Made by a program: the position numbers and the translations under genes. Shown piece after piece: positions 52,700 through 64,000 of a DNA stretch of 64,000 nt. The stretch's first letter is position 1, and every line of letters begins with the position of its first letter. The DNA comes from Adineta vaga (taxonomy: Eukaryota > Animalia > Rotifera). The stretch is taken from contig CP075492.1 of the NCBI GenBank assembly GCA_021613535.1, positions 2,976,001 through 3,040,000 on the forward strand, read 5' to 3'. The notes under the pieces were generated by a model, which saw only the letters and a list, made by a program, of their open reading frames with translations, made no database searches and was not told the origin of the DNA.

Positions 52700-53590
52700 T
52701 TACCATTCATCATTCCCTAGAAAGGATTGTGGTTCATTTGATTCAGCGACCGGTTCTGGTGGTGGATTATACGTTTCAACAGGTGGTTCCGGTGGTGGTG
52801 GATTATATGTTTCAACAGGTGGTTCCGGTGGTGGTGGATTATATGTTTCAACAGGTGGTTCCGGTGGTGGTGGATTATATGTTTCAACAGGTGGTTCCGG
52901 TGGTGGGTTATACGTTTCAACATATGGTTCCGGTGGTGGTGGATTGTACGCCTCAACATATGGTTCTGGGGGTGGTGGATTGTACGTTTCAACATATGGT
53001 TCTGGAGGTGGTGGATTATAGGTTTCAACAATAGGAGCTGGAGGAGGGTTCCAGGTTTCAATTACTGGTTGAGGAGTAGGAGCTGGTTGATACGGTGGGG
53101 GTGAATCTGATCTCTTGATAGGTGCTGGTTGTGGAACATTTGTACGAACAGTTGGAGGTCGACTAGGTTGAAATGGTTGTGGTCTTACAATCTTAATTTC
53201 TGTTCTTCTAACAGTAGTTGGTGCAGGTGTTGGTTCTGGTCTGTAAGCGGGTGCTGGTTGTGGTCTAGGTGTAGGTACCGATGCATACTGCGGTCTATTT
53301 CCATAGGCATTCGGATTAATCTGATTAGTCGGAGGATATGGATTGTATGGTTGAGGTTGAACAGCAATATTTCTTCCCATTTGGTTACAATCTCCAAGAC
53401 ATTTACAATACTTTTGACAACCACATCTTTCAGCCCATCCACAACAACAACAGCAAATAATAATGATAATGATAATGATAGCTAAAAGAATCAAACAACC
53501 TAAAGCAAGTCCAACAATTCCACCAGCTGTTAAAGTACTAGTTGAATTACAAGCAGCAAGTGTTGAACCAGTGGTACAATTAATTGCCAT
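52700..53590 (-). CDS. Single-pass membrane protein with juxtamembrane Cys cluster and Pro-rich repetitive tail
   Basis: GGIVGLALG...IIIIIIICCCCCG, a PPPY motif, then ~9 VETYNPPPPEP(P/Y) units (33-36 bp repeat at ~52750-53060). Confidence 0.75.
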   Translation of the reverse strand: MAINCTTGSTLAACNSTSTLTAGGIVGLALGCLILLAIIIIIIIICCCCCGWAERCGCQKYCKCLGDCNQMGRNIAVQPQPYNPYPPTNQINPNAYGNRPQYASVPTPRPQPAPAYRPEPTPAPTTVRRTEIKIVRPQPFQPSRPPTVRTNVPQPAPIKRSDSPPPYQPAPTPQPVIETWNPPPAPIVETYNPPPPEPYVETYNPPPPEPYVEAYNPPPPEPYVETYNPPPEPPVETYNPPPPEPPVETYNPPPPEPPVETYNPPPPEPPVETYNPPPEPVAESNEPQSFLGNDEW

Positions 53591-54049
53591 ATCGAAATAT
53601 ATTTATTGAAAACTAATAGAATAAAAAAAGCATGATCAAAGTAATATGAATTTCGTTTTTCTTTCTCTTCTGAAACAATTTCTTCTTATATTCATTCTTG
53701 TTCTGTTCTAAATTTTGATTGAGTGAAAAACAAATAATCGTCGTCACAACAGAATTTAAGGTGGAAAGTGTAGGCGACATAATAACAACAAAATTCTATT
53801 GAGATACTTCTATTGAAGTAAACCCACATTTGTGACGTTGATTTGACGTCATCATCAAATTCCATTTAAAAATTCTTCTTATACTTATTGTTATTTACAA
53901 AAGAACTGAATGCTCTTGATGATTTTAAAAAAGAATCTCTTATTTTCATCATAAATATCAAATCAATTTTCCTGTTAAGACTAAATTCTTTATTTGATAA
54001 TCTGTTTTTCTTAAATGAATATTATGAAGAAAAAAAACGTTTCTTTTTT

Positions 54050-56034
54050 TCAATCAGAATCAATTTGATATTTTAAAATTCTAAAATTTAAACTATCAGC
54101 CACGTAAATATTTCTATCCTGATCGAGAGTTAAACCCGTTGGATAAGTTAATTGATTTAATTCTTTTCCATTTCCATTACCTCCAATAACAATTGATCCT
54201 TTCGTATCCCCTTCAATCCATCTCATAATTCGATTGTTTCCCCAGTCCGAAATAAATATTTGATTAAATTGATCAACAAATAAACCTTTTGGATGAAATA
54301 ATTGTTCCGGCTCATCTCCCGAATCATTTCCTCCAGCAACACAAATTCCTTGTTTCGAATTTTTTTCCCATTTCATAATTCGATGATTAAACGTATCTGA
54401 AATATAAATTGAATCTTTATCATCAACAAAAATATAAGTTGGTCCACTAAGTTGATTTAATTTCTTTCCATTGCTATTTCCTCCCGCAACAACAATTCCA
54501 TAATTTGAACCTTTTTTCCATTTTCTAATTTCACTTTTTTCATAATCAGTAACATAAAGATTTCCATGTTTATCTAAAGCTAAACCCCAACAATCGATAT
54601 TCTTAAAAAGAATTTCTTGATTTTCTTTGTATCTTCCATAACATCGAATAACACGTTGATTTCCTCGATCGGAAATAATAAATGAATTATTATGTTTATT
54701 AAAAATAACATTGATCGGATTATTTAATCTTTCATTAATATTTCTTTTGAAATTTGCATCACAAATCGTTTGACCAATATTTGAACGATATTTTAATTGA
54801 ATAACACGATGATTTTCTGTATCAGCAATAAAAACATTCTTATTTTCATCCATCGAAATACCTTCAAAACGAGATAATTGATCTAATCGTTCTCCTTTTC
54901 CATAATCTCCAATAATAATTGTTCCTTTTGGTTTCCATTTTTGATTTTGTTCTAAAAGAGAAAATCTCGAATGAACTAAACCTGATGCTGGGACGTATCA
55001 AGGGAGAAGGAGGGAATAAATGGGCAATGATTCATCGAAATTTAACTCTTAGAAATAACGTTTTCTCTTCGTGACGAATCGATAGTAGAATACAGAACAA
55101 CAAAACTCTAAATATTCAATCGTATACTTATAGTTGTTATCATTACCGAGATGGAAAAAAACTTTTAGCCTATGATAGGAAATCTTGTTTAAATGATGTT
55201 TTTCGATACCAGCAAAGTTTGCCCATCTGTTTCAAACTGACCTGATGATTTAATTAATGCTGAATTTCCATTTGAAAGATTTTTCTTTTCATTTGGAAAT
55301 AGAACTTTGTCAGGAATTGGTGAAGGTAAATCTAATAACGAATGAATACTTTGAAAAGACGAATTTTTTTCTCTTAATTGAATCATAAATAAATCTTTTC
55401 CTGCTTGCCATTTTGCAATAACTTGAAAATAACTTCCTGGTAATAATAAAATTTCATTTTCATCTTTAAAAGACGAATGAAATTGAATCGATTTTCCACT
55501 TAAGCATTCAATATTAAATATTGTTCGAATTTCATTTGTTCCAAGATTTTTTTCTGCAATGTTAAATGATTCAATACATGAACTCATTCCCCACCAAACA
55601 TGATCAACATTATAATGATCACATAGATTTCCACGTGAACTTCGCCAGATTGTTCCGCGAAACGAAGGAAGTTTACATAAAGCAGTAAAAAATAATTTGA
55701 GAAAGAGAAAAAATGAGATTAATCCAGTTCGATTTTTTGAACGTAATCGTTCATTTAATAAAATTGATAAACTTAAATGTGGTTGAGGCCATTGCATTGT
55801 ATATAGATAAATAGCACCGGATTCATCCGAACTTAATTTATTCAATGGTTTTTGACAATTCTGTTCAACAATTTCAATCATTGAATCAACATTATGAAGT
55901 AAAGATTTAATTGGTTCAATTGCTTTTCTCAATGAGACTAATGGACAAGTTTCAAAACCTTGTATACCAGGGAAAAACCGATCGGGTTCTTCTTCAACAT
56001 CGAGAAAACGTCGAGGAACTATTCTTCCACTCAT
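54050..56034 (-). CDS. Probable ADP-ribosyltransferase (R-S-E clade)-NHL beta-propeller fusion
   Basis: Exon 1 from ATG 56034: AIYLYT, IWR, WWGMSSC, ENEILLLPG. Phase-matched intron 55241-54952 (tcag|gtcagt ... ttttag|aa). Exon 2 carries ~6 NHL repeats. Confidence 0.7.
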
Positions 56035-57039
56035 AAATTTACTTTTAATAAGAAAAAAAAGTCTTGTACACAATGGTAACAACAACAAATATTGTAAATG
56101 TTTCTAAACACAATTTTTATACTCTTAAGAAGAAGAAGAAGAAAAAGAAAGACGAAGAGAAAGAGAAAAATACAGACACATTAAAATGTATTTTGTTTTC
56201 GATTTATATAAAAAACTTTTCGTTCGAATAAAAGACACGCATGAAATAAATTCCATTGCAAGATAGACAAATCTCATTGTTTTCTTATCAAAGAGCGAAC
56301 AGAATTTTTTGAAGGAATTTCTAAAATTGTTTTATAATATAAATTGAATACACGGGCGGATCCAGCTCTTTACCTACCGTTGCTCTCTAGTAGAGATTTA
56401 TTTCTCATAAAACATGAAAAGTAAGATTGGGAAAAAAGAAGAAATATATCAAATATCAATCCATTAATCTTAAATATCATATAGTTGGAAGCGTTATTAT
56501 CTTTAGTAGATCATTATCTTGTTCAACAGTTTCGATCCTATGACACTCTTTCGGAAAGAAAAGAATGTAAATTATCATGTGATCTGATACCAGCTAATGT
56601 TGATGAACGAGAACAATTAGCGAAGATAAAATCTTTTGTTGATTATTTAGCAGTTGATTTAATTCATCATTTGAAAATTTTCATTACATAATTAATAGTG
56701 AATTGTTCTACCATAGTTTCATCTGTCACATATCTTGCCCAACGTCTATATTATCATTAAATTTCGAAATGCAACAAATCATGAAAGTACAAGTATGGCT
56801 TTGAATTTGTTGCATCACTAGAAAGAGTTTTATTGTAAACATATTGTGATGGAGATGAGTAATTCTTCTCTCGTATATTTATTACACTTTTTTAAAATAA
56901 AAACATAATGAATAAATTAATCGACAAATAACGAGGGAATCTTTTATTTCTTTTTATATGTGCTTGATAAAGAAGAAAGAACGAATAAGTGACATGCAGT
57001 TAATGTAATTGAAAGAGAGAGAAAAAGACTGAATATAAA

Positions 57040-57466
57040 TTTTATTGAATTATTATATTCATCTGTAAGTTTTTTTAAATGAATTTCATTGAATCCATCT
57101 TGTTTATGTTGATTTATTTGTTCATTTAAATGATAAAATTCATCTTTTATTTCTTTGATAAGAGATTTTTGATATTGTTCAAATCTTTTTCGACAATGTT
57201 CTGCTGTTTGTTGAATTTTTTCAATTGATTCTTTTTCCCATTGATTAATTTGTTTTATTAATAAAGTATTTTCTAATAATTGATTTTGTTCAATAATAAT
57301 TTGTTGATATTGATTGTAATCATTAATAATATCTTCTAATTCTTCACCTAATGTTTGTTGATGTTCACCTAAATGTTCATAACAATATTCTTTTGAACAT
57401 CCACGACAACGATATGTTAGTTTTTTCTTTATTGCATATATAACATTGAAGTTTAGTATTTGTCAT
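57040..57466 (-). pseudogene. B-box-like/coiled-coil 5' half of an NHL gene, disrupted
   Basis: MTNTKLQC..(frameshift)..CRGCSKEYCYEHL-x-EH...INQWEKESIEKIQ; no NHL exon follows. Confidence 0.7.
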
Positions 57467-57471
57467 TTGTG

Positions 57472-58670
57472 TTATATGAAATAAATACTAGAACGAAACG
57501 ATATACATTTATTTTCTTGATCAACAACATAAAGATTGTTATCCACATAAAACGTTAAACCTGTAGGACCTTTCAATTTATTTAATATATATCTATATAA
57601 ATCCTTGATCATTCCCACTATCTGACGTATAAATTTGACCAAAACTATCAACAATTAATCCATCAGGATGACATAATTGATAAAGATCATCGCTTTTCCC
57701 ATTGCCACCAGCTACAATCATACCTTCTTTTGCATCTTTTGAATATTTCATCACACAATGATTGTCTTGATCAGATTATAAATCGATTGTTCATCATATC
57801 GTTTCTCACCTATTTTCCATCGTCTTACTTCATTTTTCACACAACTAGAAGTATAAAGAAATCCATCTTTGTCTATTGTTAGACCATAACAATCAATATT
57901 CTTAAGAAGAATTTTTGGTTGCAATTAATTTTGATATAAAACCATCTACTAACGCGTCGATTTTCATAATCAGTAATAATTTGTGCTTTTTCTGCGTTAT
58001 AGTCCCATTGAACAAAACAATGATTCTTATAATCAATAAAGTAAATATAGTTTCATCGTCATCAATACAAACTGCTCGAGGATCATTTAATTACCAGGAA
58101 CAATTATCTTCTATGCATTCACGAGCTATGATATCTCGATATTCTTTCCATTTATTATATTTCTATTCTAAGAATAGACAATTAGTGAATAATGATTTTT
58201 ACGAAAAAAAAGATAAAATTATACTTAATAATGATGATCTAATAGAAATTTGATCAATAAATGATTGTGGTTCTTGATGAATATAAATCTTTGATGAATC
58301 ATTAAATTGTTTTCATGGAGGTCATCTTCTTGACGAATAACTTTTATTTGTTGAGTTAACAGATGAAATTTTTCTTGAATTTCATTAATAAATAAATCTG
58401 TGTACTGCGAAAGTTTTCTTCAACAATTTTGTGCTGTTTCCCATAGATGAATCTGTGTATTTATCCAAATATAGTCCGAACTTTGCTTTTTATCATCAAT
58501 GGTTTGTTGAAATTGATTATAACCATTAACAATTTCATCTAATTCTTCATTCATAACTTGTCGGTGTTGTCCTAAATCGTTATAACGCAAAATCTTCTTG
58601 AACATCCATCACATAAATAAGTAATTTTATCCTTTTCACATGTAGAACATTGTATTTTATTTGTTTCCAT
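57472..58670 (-). pseudogene. B-box/coiled-coil-NHL pseudogene
   Basis: METNKIQCSTCEKDK start; fragments parallel 61774-63242 with many indels. Confidence 0.75.
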
Positions 58671-58882
58671 TGTTATATATCGTACTAAACATAAAAAGAA
58701 AAAGAAACAACAGATATTGTAACTTTTGATTATATATATTTAATTCACTTCTATCTATATTATCTAAAACAATACTAATAGCAACTTTTATCTATTAAAT
58801 TAGGTTAAATCTTTTTCATCAAGATATTTATTTCAAACTAAAAAGAAAAGAACGCTAAAATCTATAGTTCTTAAAAAAATGT

Positions 58883-60325
58883 TCAGTCAATAATTAATTC
58901 AAATTTTTGGATACGATGATTTCCCCAATCAGCAATATAAAGATTTCCTTCGAAGTCAAATGATAAACCTGTAACACTATTAAATTGATTTGATTGATTT
59001 CCTTGACCATTTCCACCAACAATAACTTCGCCATGTTTACTTCCTTCATACCAACGCATTATTCGATCATTTTCGTTATCAGCTACAAAGATATTTTTCC
59101 ATTCATCAACATATAATCCTTCAGGAGAAGCTAATTGATTGAGATTATTGCCCTGACCATTTCCACCTGCTACAACAACACCTACTTTTGCACCTTTGCT
59201 CCATTTCATAACACGGTGATTGTCTCGATCTGATACATAAACTGATTGTTCATCATCAACAAAAATATAAGTAGGAAAATTGAGTTGATTAAGTTGATTT
59301 CCTTGACCATTACCACCTGCTACTAAGACTCCCATTTTCTCGCAAATATTCCATCGTTTTACTTCATCCTTCTTATAATCAGAAACATAAAGAAATCCAT
59401 ATTTATCCATTGTTAAACAACAACAATCAATATCATTAATAAGAATTTCTTGATGATTTTGATTTAACCATCGTATTACTCGTCTATTTCCCATATCAGC
59501 AATAATTAATGAATGATTTTGTTTATCAATAACAATATTTGCTGGTTCACATAACTGTCCATTTCGATTTTCAGTTGCTCTAATTTTCCCCATATTCGAA
59601 TCACATTTCCATTCCACAATTCGATTATTCATATAATCAGCAATAAAAATAATTTGATTTTCATCAATAAAAATTCCTTCAGGATTTGATAATTGATTTA
59701 ATTGTTGACCTTGTCCATTTCCACCTGCAATGGTCACTCCATCTTGATTCCATTTGTTACATTTGAATTCTAAAAATGAATAAATTAAATTCCTTTTTCT
59801 AAAATCAAACTTACTAATTGATGATTTGACCGAAATATAATCAAGAAAAGTTTGTTCTTTTCGATGAAGAATAATTTTTGATGAATCATTAAATTCTTTT
59901 TTAATTTTCATTAAACGTTGCTTTAAATAATTAAGATTAAGTTCATTAAATTCATTTTCTTCATAAATTATTTTTATTTGTCCAATTAATTGATCAAAAT
60001 TTTCTTGAATTTTATTAACAAATGCATTAGAATAAGAAATAACACGTTGTCGACATTCTTCGGCTTTTTTTTGAATCTTTTCAATCGATTCATTTTCCCA
60101 TTGATTAATTTTTTCTATTAAAATATTTCTTGATTTAAAGTTATTTTCACAAATAAGTTCTTGCTGAAATTGATTATAATCATTAACAATTTCATCTAAT
60201 TCTTTACCTAATTTTTGTCGATGTTGTTCCAAATGTGTAAAACAAAATTCATTTGAACATCCTTTACAAAAATACGTCATTTTTTCTTTATTACATGTAA
60301 AACATAGAATTTTGTTATTAGTCAT
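58883..60325 (-). CDS. B-box-like/coiled-coil-NHL repeat protein (intact)
   Basis: C-x2-C...C-x2-C...C-x2-H-x3-H, coiled coil, six NHL repeats. A 45-bp intron (59770-59814) happens to read through in frame. Confidence 0.9.
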   Translation of the reverse strand: MTNNKILCFTCNKEKMTYFCKGCSNEFCFTHLEQHRQKLGKELDEIVNDYNQFQQELICENNFKSRNILIEKINQWENESIEKIQKKAEECRQRVISYSNAFVNKIQENFDQLIGQIKIIYEENEFNELNLNYLKQRLMKIKKEFNDSSKIILHRKEQTFLDYISVKSSISKFDFRKRNLIYSFLEFKCNKWNQDGVTIAGGNGQGQQLNQLSNPEGIFIDENQIIFIADYMNNRIVEWKCDSNMGKIRATENRNGQLCEPANIVIDKQNHSLIIADMGNRRVIRWLNQNHQEILINDIDCCCLTMDKYGFLYVSDYKKDEVKRWNICEKMGVLVAGGNGQGNQLNQLNFPTYIFVDDEQSVYVSDRDNHRVMKWSKGAKVGVVVAGGNGQGNNLNQLASPEGLYVDEWKNIFVADNENDRIMRWYEGSKHGEVIVGGNGQGNQSNQFNSVTGLSFDFEGNLYIADWGNHRIQKFELIID

Positions 60326-60810
60326 TGTTTGTTATATGTACGCGATATAGAATTCAGAAAAAGAAAGAAATTTATCGATACACAGATCGAACCGAAAGAA
60401 AATATCAGTCATGTTAACAATAGATTTTCGAATATAGATGTCATTATTTATTGAATATGTAAACAGAGAAAATAGTTTTGTTTATTTTATAATCGGACTC
60501 TGATCTAAGGTTTTTCAAATCGTATTAATATTTCTGTTATTAATATATCGATCCGTTCTTATTCTAAAAATCACTCAAATGTAACTATTCATACAGTCTT
60601 AATCGATGTTGTTTAAATTATTTCATTTTCTTTATTCCCAAATAACAAAACGTACTTAATGAAAATTAAGAATCAAGAAAAAAGTTCTTCTTTAAGGCTA
60701 ATCAAACAGTTCGTGATACAGTTTCCAAAACAAATGGAATATCTTATTATAACTTTTGATTTCATATTTTTCAAAATAATTTTAATCTTAATTGAAATAT
60801 GAAAAATACT

Positions 60811-61480
60811 TTAATCAATGGGCAATTGAAACTTTTGTATTCAATGATTTCTCCAATCAGCAACATAAAGATTTCCTTCGAAATCAAATGATAAACCACG
60901 AGGATCATTTAATTGATTTGATTCACAACCTTCACCATTTCCACCTGCTACAACAACACCTTCTTTTAAACCTTTTAACCATTTCATCACAGGATGATTC
61001 AAAGAGTCTGACACATAAATCGATTGTTCATCATTAACAAAGATATAAGCTGGAAAATCAAGTTGATTTCCTTGACAATTTCCACCAGCAATAGTCACTC
61101 CGTCTTGTTTACATTTGTTACATTTTAATTCTAAAAATGAATACATTCACCTATAGATAAAATTCATTTTTACAAAACTTACTCATTGATGTTTGAATCG
61201 AAATTTGATTAATAAATGATGATGAGTCTTGATGGACCATTTCAAATAATCCAATTCATTTTCTTTGTGAATTGTGTTTATTTGTTCGAATAATCGATTA
61301 AAATTTTCTTTAGTTTGATTAACAAGTGTATTTCTATAATGGGTAACTTGTTGTCGACATTCTTCTGCTCATTTATGAATCTTTTCAATAGATTCATTTT
61401 CCCACTGATTGATTTTGTCTATCGAAGAAAAATTTTGTTTTCCATCCTGAATTTCTTGTTGAAATTGATTATAGTCATTG
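60811..61480 (-). pseudogene. Internally deleted coiled-coil-NHL paralogue
   Basis: Lacks the B-box and retains only ~2-3 spliced-together NHL pieces similar to 58883-60325. Confidence 0.75.
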
Positions 61481-61773
61481 TCATGTGCGATTACTTCGCA
61501 GAAAAAGATAAAGGAATGATTACACATTGATTTCGATAAACAACTAGAAAGAAAGAAAATACCAGTCATGTTAAAGTCTATTTAAATTTTCGAATGTAGA
61601 TGTTATTGATTAGGTGAAAGAAGAATATATCGAAATATCTCTAGTCTTCGCTTATAATACATCAATATTCTGATTGATATAGATTATAATAAAAGGTTAT
61701 AATCAAGATTCGTTTAATTAATTTTTCATAAAAACAAACGTTAGTTTTATTCTTCAGTATAAAATAATTCTAA

Positions 61774-63242
61774 TTAATCAACTATCAAGTCGAACTTTTG
61801 AATTCGATGATTTCTTTGATCAGCAACATAAAGATTTCCTTCAAAATCAAATGATACACCTATGGGATTGTCTAATTTATTGAACACAGATCCATTTCCA
61901 TTTCCACTGATACTAATTTCGCCTTCTTGTTTACTTTGACACCAATGCATTATTCGATTATTCACACAATCTGCAATATAAATTTGACTAAAATCATCAA
62001 CAATTAATCCTTGAGGACTATTTAATTGATTAAGATTATTTCCTTGACCATTTCCTCCCGCAACAACAATTCCTTCATTTGCATCTTTTTTCCATTTCAT
62101 CACACGATGATTGTCTCGATCTGATACATAGATCGATTGTTCATCATCAACAAACATAAATGTTGGATGATTTAATTGATTAAGTCGATCACCTTTACCA
62201 TTTCCACCTGCTAATAACGTTCCTTGTTTCTCACCTATTTTCCATCGTCTTACTTCATTTTTCATACAATCAGAAGTATAAAGAAATCCATCTTTGTCTA
62301 TTGCTAAACCACAACAATCAATATTCCCAATAAGAATTTGTGGTTGTAATCTATTTTCATAAAACCATCGACTTACTCGTCGATTTCCAAAATCAGCAAT
62401 AATAAATGAACAATTCTTTTTGTCGAAGATCATATCTGTTGGACTATTTAATTGATCAATACGATATCCTTCTCCATTTCTACCAGCAATCATTTTTGCT
62501 TTCTTTGCATTATAGTCCCATTGAACAAGACGATGATTTTTAGAATCAACAATATAAATTGTTTGATCTTCATCAATGCAAACTACTTTAGGACTATTCA
62601 ATTGGTGTAAATCATTACCGTAAACCCATCCACCAGCTATAGTATTTCCATTCTGTTTCCAATTATTATATTTTAATTCTAAAACCCAAAATAAACGTTT
62701 AATTCGATAAGAAACAGAAAAGACATACTTAATGATGATGATCGAATAGAAATTCTATCAATAAATGATTGTGACTGGTATTTAATACAAATCTTTGATG
62801 AATCATTAAATTCTTCGATAATTTCTTTTAATTTTTCCTTTAAATGATTTAAATTTATTTCATTAAATTCATTTTCTTGACGAATAACTTTTATTTGTTG
62901 ATTGAGCTGGTGAAATTTGTCTTGAATTTCATCGATAAGTAAATCTGTATATTGTGCAAATCGTTTTCGACAATTTTGTGCTGTTTGTTGAATTTTCTCA
63001 ATTGCATCTTTTTCCCATTGGTTTATTTTTTTCATTAATGAAGAATTTTTCGAATTTTCTTTTTAATCAATAATTATTTGTTGAAATTGATTAAAATCAT
63101 TTATCATTTCATCTAATTCTCCATGTAGTACATGTCGATGTTCACCTAAATGTTCATAACAAAATTCTTTAAAACATCCCCGACAAGGATATGTAATTTT
63201 ATCTTTTTCACATGTAGAACACTGTATTTTATTATTTTCCAT
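61774..63242 (-). pseudogene. B-box/coiled-coil-NHL gene with a single nonsense codon
   Basis: ATG 63242, in-frame TAA at 63065-63063 (codon 60), intron ~62679-62729, complete NHL exon. Confidence 0.75.
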
Positions 63243-63415
63243 TCTACTTAGTTAAGTATCAAAACGAAAAGAAAATTTATTTCGTATTGAATTCTATTGA
63301 TAGAAAAACAAACAAATAGAAGATCTTTTAACTATTCATATTAAACCAATCAAGCATGATTCCATATTTAATTCATATCTATCCATATTCTCGAAAAGTA
63401 ATGTCATTTCTGTAT

Positions 63416-64000
63416 TCACAAATTCATTAATTCAAATTTTTGTATTCGATGATTGGCCCAATCACTAACATAAAGATTTCCATTGCTATCGAATGATAAA
63501 CTACTAGGAGAAGATAATTGATTTGATTGATTTCCTTGACCATTACCAGCAACAACTATTTCACCCTCTTTACTTCCCTCATACCAACACATTATTCTAT
63601 GATTTCTATTATCTGCGATAAAAATATTATTCCATTTATCGATAAACGATCCACGAGGAAAATATAATTGATTAAGATTATTTCCTTGACCATTTCCACC
63701 TGCTACAATTACACCTTCTGTTGCATCTTGTTCCCATTTCATGATACGATGATTTGAATAATCTGTTACATAAATCGATTGTTCATCATCAACAAAAAGA
63801 TAAGTTGGAGAACTCAATTGATTAAGATGATCACCTTTTCCATTTCCACCTGCTACTAATTTTCCTTTTTCTTCTCCAATTTTCCATCTTTTTACTTCAT
63901 CCTTCTTATAATCAGAAACATAAAGAAATCCATATTTATCCATTGTTAAACAGCAACAATCAATATCATTAATAAGAGTTTCTTGATGATTTTGATTAAA
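63416..64000 (-). CDS. NHL-repeat gene, 3' part (continues beyond window)
   Basis: VAGGNG-x-G...NQL-x-x-P...YV-x-D-x-x-NHRI repeats; paralogue of 58883-60325. Confidence 0.85.
   Translation of the reverse strand, partial: FNQNHQETLINDIDCCCLTMDKYGFLYVSDYKKDEVKRWKIGEEKGKLVAGGNGKGDHLNQLSSPTYLFVDDEQSIYVTDYSNHRIMKWEQDATEGVIVAGGNGQGNNLNQLYFPRGSFIDKWNNIFIADNRNHRIMCWYEGSKEGEIVVAGNGQGNQSNQLSSPSSLSFDSNGNLYVSDWANHRIQKFELMNL

Overview
AT-rich eukaryotic DNA with many short (~45-80 bp) GT-AG introns. The gene content most resembles a bdelloid rotifer (Adineta/Rotaria-like); this is inferred, not verified. Pointers are the B-box/coiled-coil-NHL array, an R-S-E ADP-ribosyltransferase, a Ty3/Gypsy element with a DEDDy exonuclease ORF3, TGTGGG/TGAGGG telomere-type hexamers and several non-metazoan-type genes. 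The region is rearranged and pseudogene-rich. In order it holds: an RTA1-family gene, a nuclear receptor, an NHL-Kelch gene with a signal peptide, LRR and TIR remnants, a bacterial-type epimerase relic, a sugar porter, a GPCR pseudogene, a segmental duplication carrying a signal-peptide-bearing RelA/SpoT synthetase-domain gene, a 5'-truncated LTR retrotransposon, a palindromic pair of mosaic ABCG half-transporters, a compact glycosyltransferase-like/nucleotide-sugar transporter/XPR1 trio, a Pro-rich membrane protein, a probable ART-NHL fusion and a tandem NHL array. Top leads: (1) the apparently secreted alarmone-synthetase-like protein in an animal; (2) the ABCG palindrome with sharply alternating identical and diverged blocks; (3) a dispersed family of short hairpins built from telomere-type repeats, two of which sit at gene truncation points. 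All calls come from motif recognition by eye; no searches were run.
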